A DNA stretch of 64,000 bases from Bacteroidia bacterium (GTDB lineage: Bacteria; Bacteroidota; Bacteroidia; NS11-12g; UBA955), in NCBI GenBank assembly GCA_044368575.1, contig JBIPPH010000003.1, positions 8,999 through 72,998 on the forward strand. The letters are read 5' to 3'. The position numbers and the translations under genes were made by a program. The notes under the pieces were generated by a model. The model was not told where the DNA came from, did not search any database, and saw only the letters and a list, made by a program, of their open reading frames with translations. Positions 56,499 through 64,000 of the stretch are shown here, piece by piece. Each line of letters opens with the position of its first letter. Within the stretch, counting starts at the first letter, position 1.

Positions 56499-56944
56499 AG
56501 ACCTATTTTAGACAATTCTCTTTGAATGTCTTTGGTTTTAAGGTCGTTGCGCTTATCGTATGATTTCTTGCCTTTGCCAATGCCAATTTTTAATTTGATT
56601 AAGCCCCTTTCACTCTCGAATAATTGAATAGGGAAAATGGCAGTGCCTTTCTCCTTCACTTTACTGTGAATCTTTCTCAATTCACGTTTTGTGACCAATA
56701 ATTTTCTTGAACGCAAAGGTTCATGTTGGTTGAAACTCGCTTGCTTAAAAGGGCCAATGTGCATGTTTTTGATCCACAATTCTTCAGCTTCAATGAGGCA
56801 ATAAGCATCGTTAATATTCACATTGTGCTCGCGAATGCTTTTGACTTCAGTGCCTTTTAATTGAAGGCCTGCAGTCACTTCGAAGTCCACATGGTATTCA
56901 AAATGCGCTTTTTTGTTTTTGATGATTAAGGCTTTTGAACTCAT
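56495..56944 (-). CDS. smpB: SsrA-binding protein
   Basis: NKKAHFEY, AGLQLKGTEVKSIR, RKLL, GKGKKSYDKR. Confidence 0.97.
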   Translation of the reverse strand: MSSKALIIKNKKAHFEYHVDFEVTAGLQLKGTEVKSIREHNVNINDAYCLIEAEELWIKNMHIGPFKQASFNQHEPLRSRKLLVTKRELRKIHSKVKEKGTAIFPIQLFESERGLIKLKIGIGKGKKSYDKRNDLKTKDIQRELSKIGL

Positions 56945-57339
56945 GAATGGGCTATTTGCTGAAACAAGTTTTCTAATTTGTCTTTCTTTATGATTTTTTG
57001 TCCGGTGCTGCAGTTGGCGATTACTCTATTGTCAACTGTGGCAATGACTTTGCAGTGTATGCTGTTTTTTTCAAGCAGGGTGATGGTAGCGGTAAAGGTA
57101 ACAATTTGACCAATCAATGCTGGTGATTGGTGTTCAATGTTTAAAAAAGTGCCAATGCCTTCTTCGTCTGTATCTTTCATGTCCAATACAAATAATCGGC
57201 TGCTCCATTCTGCGTCTCGACCAAGTGCAAAGGTGCCATATACATTATGGACTGTTCCGCTTTCAAATTGAGCAATGTCTTGAACATCGACTGTTTTTTG
57301 AAAGGTTTTTTGATCACCAACTTTGTACAAGGCTTTCAT
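56941..57339 (-). CDS. Hot-dog thioesterase, FlK (fluoroacetyl-CoA thioesterase)-like
   Basis: VYGTFAL..DAE, GIGT..IEHQSPA..G; Thr/Glu/His spaced as in FlK; ATGA overlap with smpB. Confidence 0.75.
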   Translation of the reverse strand: MKALYKVGDQKTFQKTVDVQDIAQFESGTVHNVYGTFALGRDAEWSSRLFVLDMKDTDEEGIGTFLNIEHQSPALIGQIVTFTATITLLEKNSIHCKVIATVDNRVIANCSTGQKIIKKDKLENLFQQIAHS

Positions 57340-57421
57340 GTTCTGCAAATTTCCATTTATTTCAATTCATTTCAAAATGCCTTTTCTGTTGAATTGTTTT
57401 GCCTATTTTCGTAGGGAGTTT

Positions 57422-60235
57422 ATGTCGCAGAAAAAATTGTTTTTATTAGACGGAATGGCCCTTGTTTACAGAGCTTTTTTCGCCTTCAGTCAGAATCCTA
57501 GAATCTCTTCTAAGGGCTTGAATACTTCAGCCATGTTTGGCTTTGTTAACACCTTGTTGGATGTAATTCGCAATCAGAACCCCACCCATTTGGCTTGCGT
57601 GTTTGATACCGCTGAACCAACAGAACGCCATATCGTTTATGAACAATACAAAGCGCATCGAGAAGAAATGCCTGAAGACTTAAGCAAGAGCTTGCCTTAT
57701 ATTTTTCAAATTTTAGAGGCATTTAATATTCCTGTAATCACATTGCCAGGTTACGAAGCTGACGATATTATTGGCACCATTGCGCTCAGAGATGGCGCTG
57801 CAGATTGCCAGGTGTACATGATGACACCTGATAAAGATTTTGGGCAGTTGGTGAATGAGCACGTGTTTATTTTTAAGCCTGCAAGAATGGGCAATGCCTA
57901 TGAAATAATGGGGGTCAACGAGGTGAAAGCCAAGTGGGAGATTGACCACATCCATCAGGTGATTGATATTTTGGCTATTTGGGGAGACGCTTCTGACAAC
58001 ATTCCTGGCATACCAGGTATGGGAGAAAAAACAGCAAAGAAATTAATAAAGCAATACGGCAGCCTCGAAAATATTTTAGAACACACCCACGAGTTTAAAG
58101 GCAAGCAACAAGAGAATTTGATTCAATTCCGAGAACAAGGTTTGTTGTCTAAACAACTGGCGACCATTAACGTAAGCGTGCCTATAGATCATGTCTTAGA
58201 GGATTATGAAGTCAAAGCGGTTGATCGCGAGGCTATTAAGGTATTGTTTGAAGAATTAGAATTCAGACAATTAACCAAGCGTGTATTAGGAGAGGAATTG
58301 TCAGAGTCAACCCCTAAGACTGTAGCGGCTCAAGCACCATCAAATCAAGTTGATTTGTTCAATCAGCCAGCAGCTGCAGCAGAACCTTCAGGAAAAGGTG
58401 ATGAAGCCCCTGAACTCGTTGAGGAAAATCATATTCAATATCAAACTATTCAAGAGGTGCCACATCAGTATGAATTGGTGAATAGCCCCGAACAAAAGGC
58501 CCAATTGAAAGAGCTGTTATTACTTAGCAAGGTGTTTTGTTTTGATACAGAAACTACCGGTTTAGATGTAATGACAGCAGAAGCCATTGGTTTGGCTTTT
58601 TCTATGGAAAAAGGGAAAGCTTTTTATGTGCCAGTGACCAATGCTGAAGACGTTTTGTTTTTCAAGCCAGTGTTTGAATCCACCGCCATTAAAGTGGCTC
58701 AAAACCTCAAATACGATTTACAGATTTTAGAGCAATATGGTGTAAAAGTTCAAGCACCGTTTTATGATACCATGTTGGCCCATTATTTAATTGAGCCAGA
58801 CAAACGTCATAATATGGATGAATTGTCAAGAACCTATTTGCAATACAATCCCGTTTCAATTGAAACATTGATTGGTAAAAAAGGCAAGGGGCAAATGTCA
58901 ATGTCTGATGTTGATATAGAAGCCCTTAAAGAATATGCTGCAGAAGATGCAGACATCACCTTGCAATTAAAAACGGTATTAGACCCCTATTTGGCAGTTC
59001 AAAATGCGGGTAAAGTGTTCAATGAGATTGAGTTGCCTTTAGTGCCAGTATTGGCATCTATGGAAAGAGCTGGTATTCGAATTGATGCAGCTTTCTTGCA
59101 AGATTACAGCGTTGAATTGGGTAAACAAATTCAAGCCATAGAACAGAAGATTTATGAACAAGCGGGCGAACAATTCAACATTGCGTCGCCTTTGCAATTA
59201 GGAAAGATATTGTTTGATAAATTGAAGTTGGATGAAAAAGCCAAGAAAACCAAAACGGGTCAATACCAAACTGGAGAAGATGTATTGTTGAAGTTGTCGC
59301 ATAAGAGTGCCATTGTTCAAGACATATTGGATTTTAGAGGGTTGCAGAAATTAAAATCTACTTATGTAGATGCTTTGCCATTATTGGTGAATGAAGCTAC
59401 TGGCAGAGTGCATACAACCTTTAATCAGGCCGTAGCAGCTACAGGGCGATTGAGCAGTACCAATCCGAACTTACAGAACATTCCGGTTAGGACAGAGCGC
59501 GGCAGAGAAGTGCGCAAAGCCTTTATTCCAGCCAATGATGACTTTTTAATTTTATCTGCAGATTATTCTCAGATTGAATTGAGAATTATTGCAAGCATTA
59601 GTGGCGATCCAGGTATGATTGAAGCTTTTAATCAGAATTTAGATATTCATGCAGCCACTGCAGCCAAGGTGTTTGGTGTGCCTTTAGAAGAAGTTAGCAA
59701 AGAACAGCGTTACAAGGCTAAAAGCGTGAATTTTGGTTTGATTTATGGACAGGGTGCCTTTGGATTGGCTGAAAATATTGGCATTTCAAGAACAGAAGCC
59801 AAAGAAATTATAGATAATTATTTCAAACAATTTCCAGGTATCAGAACCTATATGGATGAAGTCATTGAGAAGGCTAGAACATTTGGCTATGTTGAAACGC
59901 CAATGGGCAGAAGACGCTATTTGAGAGACATCAATTCAAACAATGCCACTGTAAGAAGTTTTGCAGAACGCAACGCGATTAACGCGCCTATTCAAGGAGC
60001 TGCTGCAGATATGATTAAGATGGCAATGATTAATATTCATAAACGCCTGCAAGCAAAAGCCTATCGCTCAAAAATGTTATTGCAAGTACATGACGAATTG
60101 TTGTTTGATGTGCATAAAGAGGAGTTAGAAGAAATCACCGCCATGGTGAAAGATGAAATGCAAAAAGCAATGCCTTTAAATGTGCCCGTAATTGCGGAAG
60201 CCGGAACCGGTAAAAACTGGTTAGAAGCCCATTAA
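57422..60235 (+). CDS. polA: DNA polymerase I
   Basis: LFLLDGMAL, GYEADD, GDASDNIPG, 3'-5' exo FDTETT, TGRLSS, ADYSQIELR, KSVNFGLIYG, QVHDEL; ATG 57422 follows TATTTTCG. Confidence 0.98.
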   Translation: MSQKKLFLLDGMALVYRAFFAFSQNPRISSKGLNTSAMFGFVNTLLDVIRNQNPTHLACVFDTAEPTERHIVYEQYKAHREEMPEDLSKSLPYIFQILEAFNIPVITLPGYEADDIIGTIALRDGAADCQVYMMTPDKDFGQLVNEHVFIFKPARMGNAYEIMGVNEVKAKWEIDHIHQVIDILAIWGDASDNIPGIPGMGEKTAKKLIKQYGSLENILEHTHEFKGKQQENLIQFREQGLLSKQLATINVSVPIDHVLEDYEVKAVDREAIKVLFEELEFRQLTKRVLGEELSESTPKTVAAQAPSNQVDLFNQPAAAAEPSGKGDEAPELVEENHIQYQTIQEVPHQYELVNSPEQKAQLKELLLLSKVFCFDTETTGLDVMTAEAIGLAFSMEKGKAFYVPVTNAEDVLFFKPVFESTAIKVAQNLKYDLQILEQYGVKVQAPFYDTMLAHYLIEPDKRHNMDELSRTYLQYNPVSIETLIGKKGKGQMSMSDVDIEALKEYAAEDADITLQLKTVLDPYLAVQNAGKVFNEIELPLVPVLASMERAGIRIDAAFLQDYSVELGKQIQAIEQKIYEQAGEQFNIASPLQLGKILFDKLKLDEKAKKTKTGQYQTGEDVLLKLSHKSAIVQDILDFRGLQKLKSTYVDALPLLVNEATGRVHTTFNQAVAATGRLSSTNPNLQNIPVRTERGREVRKAFIPANDDFLILSADYSQIELRIIASISGDPGMIEAFNQNLDIHAATAAKVFGVPLEEVSKEQRYKAKSVNFGLIYGQGAFGLAENIGISRTEAKEIIDNYFKQFPGIRTYMDEVIEKARTFGYVETPMGRRRYLRDINSNNATVRSFAERNAINAPIQGAAADMIKMAMINIHKRLQAKAYRSKMLLQVHDELLFDVHKEELEEITAMVKDEMQKAMPLNVPVIAEAGTGKNWLEAH

Positions 60236-61722
60236 TTCAGCCACTTGATTTTGGACTGCAAAAGCTGATTAAAGGTTTCTGAGATCTTAAGTTTGTATAT
60301 GCTGAATACCATGATTGGTCCAACTATACCTGTTTTTAATAGACTGTCTAGGTAAGGATTGTTAACCCAATTGCCTAGCATAGGCACACAAAAGAATAAA
60401 CTTAAGAGCAATAGTATTTTGATTTGATCTGTGTGAAAAGGGCTGATATTTAACTTAACATGTACCACAATAACATTGCATAGGTTTACGGATAACATCA
60501 CCAATATTGTGCTGATAGCTGCGCCAATTATGCCGTAATGGCTAATGAAGTAATAGTTGTATGCAAATGATGAAATCAACGCCACTACGATACTGATCAC
60601 TGATAAGCCATAGAATTTTGAATTGACTAAAATGGGGCTATTGCCACTAACAACAGCATCAATCAATTTACTGATGCCAATAAAAAATACCACCCATTTG
60701 CCTTGCACGTAAAAGTCTCCTCTTGGCATAATGGCATATAGGTTATCAATGTTTAACCAAATTAAGAAGAACAACATGCCCGAAATTAATAATTGATTGT
60801 TGCCATTCTTTTTGTTTAAATCCCTTACAGCAGCGTAATTTTCCTCTTTCATGTGGCCCGAAATAATGGGCGTTGCTATTTGCAAAATGGTGCGCTTAGG
60901 CACTTCTATAAACGTGGCTAAATAAAATCCAATACTGTAAATGGCTACTTGTGATAAATCCTGTTTTAAAGCAGATATCATGAAGAAATCCATTTTGGTG
61001 TATAGCAAAGAAGAAATGCCTGAGAAAAACAGCAAGGCGGTAAAGCTCAAAGCTTCTTTTTGAATGTTGGGATTGGCTTTAAGAAACTTGAAATCTGGTT
61101 TTAAATGAATAGGGGTTAGTTGTCTTAAAAACCAAATATTACTGGCCAAAGCTATGCTGTAGGCAACGACCATCAGCGCCACACATTGACTGAACGATAC
61201 CCATGAGAAATAATACATTGCTCCGCAAACAATTAATAAGCCTCTTAGTAAGACTTCTCTATTGAAATTAGGAACAGCTATTCTGGCATGGTTGGCACAA
61301 GTTACTTCACTTACAACTTGGTAAAGTATGATAAAAACCAATGCCAATAAATAAGGGAATAAATCTTTATAGGCTAGCGCATTGGCGTTTAAAAACAAGA
61401 AGATAGGTTTGCCGGCTAGTAATAAAACTAAGGTTAAAATACTGTAGCCAATTAAAGGAAAGACCAAAGCCCAAAAAAAGAAACCATGGTGTTTGTGGTC
61501 TTGGGTTTTAAAATAAGGGAAGAAGCGATTGATGCTGTAGTGGGTACCCATTAAACCAAGGGCAGATAAAACAGTCCCTAATTCAATGAACAATCTGATG
61601 GCGCCAAGTTTTTCTGGTTCGAAAAATTTAGGAAATAAAATGAAGAGGCTTAAAAAGCCCAAGCCCATGCCTATATAGTTGCTTATGGATGCTTTAAATC
61701 CTTGTCTGGCAATTACTCCCAC
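60232..61722 (-). CDS. Wzx/MATE-like polysaccharide flippase
   Basis: About 12-14 TM helices, VAIYSIGF, YGIIGAAIST. GTG 61722 (MGVIARQG) preferred because it lies 5 nt after TATTTTTG (61735-61728). Confidence 0.85.
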   Translation of the reverse strand: MGVIARQGFKASISNYIGMGLGFLSLFILFPKFFEPEKLGAIRLFIELGTVLSALGLMGTHYSINRFFPYFKTQDHKHHGFFFWALVFPLIGYSILTLVLLLAGKPIFLFLNANALAYKDLFPYLLALVFIILYQVVSEVTCANHARIAVPNFNREVLLRGLLIVCGAMYYFSWVSFSQCVALMVVAYSIALASNIWFLRQLTPIHLKPDFKFLKANPNIQKEALSFTALLFFSGISSLLYTKMDFFMISALKQDLSQVAIYSIGFYLATFIEVPKRTILQIATPIISGHMKEENYAAVRDLNKKNGNNQLLISGMLFFLIWLNIDNLYAIMPRGDFYVQGKWVVFFIGISKLIDAVVSGNSPILVNSKFYGLSVISIVVALISSFAYNYYFISHYGIIGAAISTILVMLSVNLCNVIVVHVKLNISPFHTDQIKILLLLSLFFCVPMLGNWVNNPYLDSLLKTGIVGPIMVFSIYKLKISETFNQLLQSKIKWLN

Positions 61723-61816
61723 TGACACAAAAATAAGTCCTTCAAGCTCAAGTTTAAATTTTGATATCGACAGGCGTTCGAATTAAAGGACTAGCATTGT
61801 ATATTTGTACACTTAG

Positions 61817-62983
61817 ATGCGCGTCGGAATAGTTGAAATCTGTGTTAAAGAGCACTATATGGTGGTCAATGCTGTTTTGAAAACATACAGCAGTCAAGCC
61901 TCCAATGAAGTCTATGTTTTTACTTTAGCAGAGGCGGTTGATCTCATTCAAGGCGGTCAAGATTTGGGCTCCAATGTTCATTTTGTGATAATGGATGCCA
62001 CTAAGCCTGTTGCTGATTTTTTAAATCAAGTGGAAGCCTACAATTTAGATAGAGTTCATCTGACCACAGTGACTAAGTATTTTAAAGCTTTTTATCATTT
62101 TAAGCCTAAAACAGCTCAATTATTTTTCCATTTTCACAACATTGATTTATGGTTTGAATCCGCCATCAGCATTCAGGCAAAACGCTTGTGGAAAGCTTAT
62201 TTTATTGATAAAATCAAGTTTGAATGGGCTACTCAAATAAAATACAGTGTTAAAGATATCTTCAGAGATATTTACCGAAAGAAATTCATTAAACGTTTGG
62301 CCAAAGACAAGGCGAAATGGATAGTCTTAAGCGAGGCTCAAAAAAAAGTGTTGAGCCAATACATTGATGTTTCAAATGCCATAGTCTTTCCGACTTTGAT
62401 TTTTGAGCCCAATTTGCATCAAGACTTATCGGTTAAAGGCGCTAAATTGCGCATATGCATTCCGGGTTCAGTTACACAAGTTCGAAGAGAGTATGAACAA
62501 TTGTTCAATATGATTGAACTCAATTTTGATTGGGTTAAAACACATTTTTCTTTTGATTTACTGGGCTTTGTGCCACCAAATGAAACCCATTTGTTAGAGC
62601 GAATCAAGGCCCTTGAAAGCAATGGCTTAGCAATTGATTATTACACCAGCTTTTTGGAAGTTAAGCAATTCGATTTAAATCTATACGCTGCGGACATTCT
62701 CTTAAGTAATTTACTCTTGGATCAAAATGAAGCCATTCAAACCAAGGAGACTGCTACTGTTTTTCATATGGTTAGAGGGGGAAAACCTGGTATTTTTCCT
62801 CAAGCCTTTCAGTTAGACTCAGACTTAGAAGCTAGTGTAATTAAGTTTAAAGATTATCAAGATTTATTAAGGGTCTTTCATGTTCTGATTGATGAGCCGG
62901 AGCAGTTGATTGCATTAAAGCAAAAAGCGGAAAGCTTATCAAAGTCTTATACGCCAGAATACTTATACAAACGCTTGTCCTAA
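61817..62983 (+). CDS. Putative GT-B-fold glycosyltransferase-like protein
   Basis: MRVGIVEI start, IVLSE, ICIPGSV..RREY, ADILL; flanked by a flippase and a sugar methyltransferase. Confidence 0.55.
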   Translation: MRVGIVEICVKEHYMVVNAVLKTYSSQASNEVYVFTLAEAVDLIQGGQDLGSNVHFVIMDATKPVADFLNQVEAYNLDRVHLTTVTKYFKAFYHFKPKTAQLFFHFHNIDLWFESAISIQAKRLWKAYFIDKIKFEWATQIKYSVKDIFRDIYRKKFIKRLAKDKAKWIVLSEAQKKVLSQYIDVSNAIVFPTLIFEPNLHQDLSVKGAKLRICIPGSVTQVRREYEQLFNMIELNFDWVKTHFSFDLLGFVPPNETHLLERIKALESNGLAIDYYTSFLEVKQFDLNLYAADILLSNLLLDQNEAIQTKETATVFHMVRGGKPGIFPQAFQLDSDLEASVIKFKDYQDLLRVFHVLIDEPEQLIALKQKAESLSKSYTPEYLYKRLS

Positions 62984-63034
62984 AAGCGGTTTAAACTCTT
63001 GGTTTTTTTATTATATTTGCCTTTTTAACGGAGC

Positions 63035-64000
63035 ATGTATAAAAAGATTAATCATTGTAGAATGTGCGGTAACACTAATTTGGTGTCGCTTTTGCACTTA
63101 GGTGAACAAACTTTAACAGGGGTATTTCCTAAGTCAAAATCAACCACTATTACCAGTGGGCCTTTAGAATTGGTAAAGTGTTTTAGCCATACAGGGGAAC
63201 AAGTTTGTGGTTTGGTTCAATTAAATCACTCCTATGATAGCAATGAGATGTATGGCGATAATTATGGATATCGTTCAGGTTTGAACCAATCTATGGTTCG
63301 TCATTTACAAAGCGTAGTTAAAGAAATTTTAGCAACGGTTGAATTAGCTTCTGGAGACATCATCATAGACATCGGGGGGAATGATTCTACCTTGTTGCAA
63401 ACTTATCCTAAAGACTTAGGTTTGAATTTAATGGTAATAGATCCTACGTCCAATAAATTCAAAAAATACTATCCTGAGCACATCAATAACACGGCTGATT
63501 TTTTCTCGGCTTCAACCTATAACCGTTTGTTTGATAGAAAAGCAAAAGTGATTACTTCAATTGCGATGTTCTATGATTTAGAAGAGCCATTGAAATTTGT
63601 TCAAGATATTTATGATGTATTAGACGATAATGGTATATGGGTATTTGAACAGTCGTATTTGCCGGCTATGGTCAATACCACCTCATATGACACCATTTGC
63701 CACGAGCACCTTGAATACTATGGTATGCAACAAATTTTGTGGTTGTTTGAAAAGGTAGGCTTTAAAATGGTGGATGTGGAGTTTAACGCCATTAACGGTG
63801 GAAGTTTTAGAATCACAGCCGCTAAGAAAGCTGCCAATATTGTTTGCAAAACAGAGAAAATTAACGAGGCCCTAGCCACTGAAATGGAGGCTGGTTATGC
63901 TCAATTAGACGTTTATAATCAGTTTGCTCAAGCGGTAGTTAAACACAGAGATGAACTAAAAGCCTTTATCAAAGATTTGCAAAACAATGGCAAAAAGATA
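63035..64000 (+). CDS. NDP-sugar C-methyltransferase (class I SAM, Zn-finger N-terminus), runs off the window
   Basis: Manual translation: MYKKINHCRMCG..LGEQTLTG..PLELVKC..CGLVQL..YGYRSGLN..IDIGGND..SIAMFYDL..EQSY..YDTICHEHLEYY..NGGS. Confidence 0.9.
   Translation, partial: MYKKINHCRMCGNTNLVSLLHLGEQTLTGVFPKSKSTTITSGPLELVKCFSHTGEQVCGLVQLNHSYDSNEMYGDNYGYRSGLNQSMVRHLQSVVKEILATVELASGDIIIDIGGNDSTLLQTYPKDLGLNLMVIDPTSNKFKKYYPEHINNTADFFSASTYNRLFDRKAKVITSIAMFYDLEEPLKFVQDIYDVLDDNGIWVFEQSYLPAMVNTTSYDTICHEHLEYYGMQQILWLFEKVGFKMVDVEFNAINGGSFRITAAKKAANIVCKTEKINEALATEMEAGYAQLDVYNQFAQAVVKHRDELKAFIKDLQNNGKKI

Noticed and set aside
57323-57421. 33-aa N-terminal extension of PolA in the ORF track
   Set aside because: It overlaps the divergent thioesterase gene and spans the TATTTTCG promoter-like element; typical PolA sequence begins at ATG 57422.
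3717-60235. Convergent genes sharing a TTAA stop overlap (3717-3720, 56495-56498, 60232-60235)
   Set aside because: A common result of compaction in AT-rich genomes; no further structure seen.
61736-61792. AGTCCTT...AAGGACT inverted repeat in the flippase/GT spacer
   Set aside because: Only 7 bp with a 43-nt poorly pairing interior; not convincing as a MITE or structured RNA.
2606-62622. The many 60-211 aa ORFs lying opposite or out of frame within long genes (e.g. 14255-14587, 31167-31484, 34455-34874, 47653-48021, 53558-54193)
   Set aside because: Almost all are fully nested in well-supported genes and show no motifs; their Ser/Ile/Pro-rich composition is typical of antisense frames.
1-64000. 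CRISPR arrays, tRNA/rRNA/tmRNA, IS elements, integrases, prophage or defence genes
   Set aside because: I saw no regularly spaced repeats, cloverleaf motifs or transposase/integrase/phage motifs. The few longer spacers look like AT-rich promoter regions, and no ssrA is evident next to smpB.

Overview
A densely packed, AT-rich chromosomal segment from a Bacteroidota bacterium. The assignment rests on a T9SS type-B CTD protein, TAnnTTTG '-7' promoters, a CzcA-TolC fusion, the Bacteroidota-type ParE/ParC, the alternative GlmU-like protein and type-B L31. Most of it is core genome: trpS, dnaG, parE/parC, rpmE2, tpiA, dcd, fmt, smpB and polA. It also holds a complete alternative complex III operon (actABCDEF), a heavy-metal efflux locus, a SulP/DUF2490 pair and the start of a polysaccharide locus. 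Two edge-truncated genes missing from the ORF track were read by hand: a nucleotidyltransferase (1..615, minus) and a sugar C-methyltransferase (63035..64000, plus). I saw no rRNA, tRNA, CRISPR array, transposase or prophage. Best candidates for undescribed biology: (1) a leaderless, secreted His-rich leader ORF ending in IWQPP, with a hairpin over its stop codon, ahead of the czcA-tolC operon, a possible metal-sensing ribosome-arrest attenuator; (2) an M48 peptidase plus three tandem AIM24 paralogues in the topoisomerase IV operon; (3) sliding-clamp-type QxxLF motifs at the ParC C-terminus and in the PolA linker; (4) an ActB that keeps a full FS0 four-cysteine motif; (5) pervasive apparent leaderless transcription and two identically nested antisense genes. 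All family calls are motif-based recognition, not database searches.
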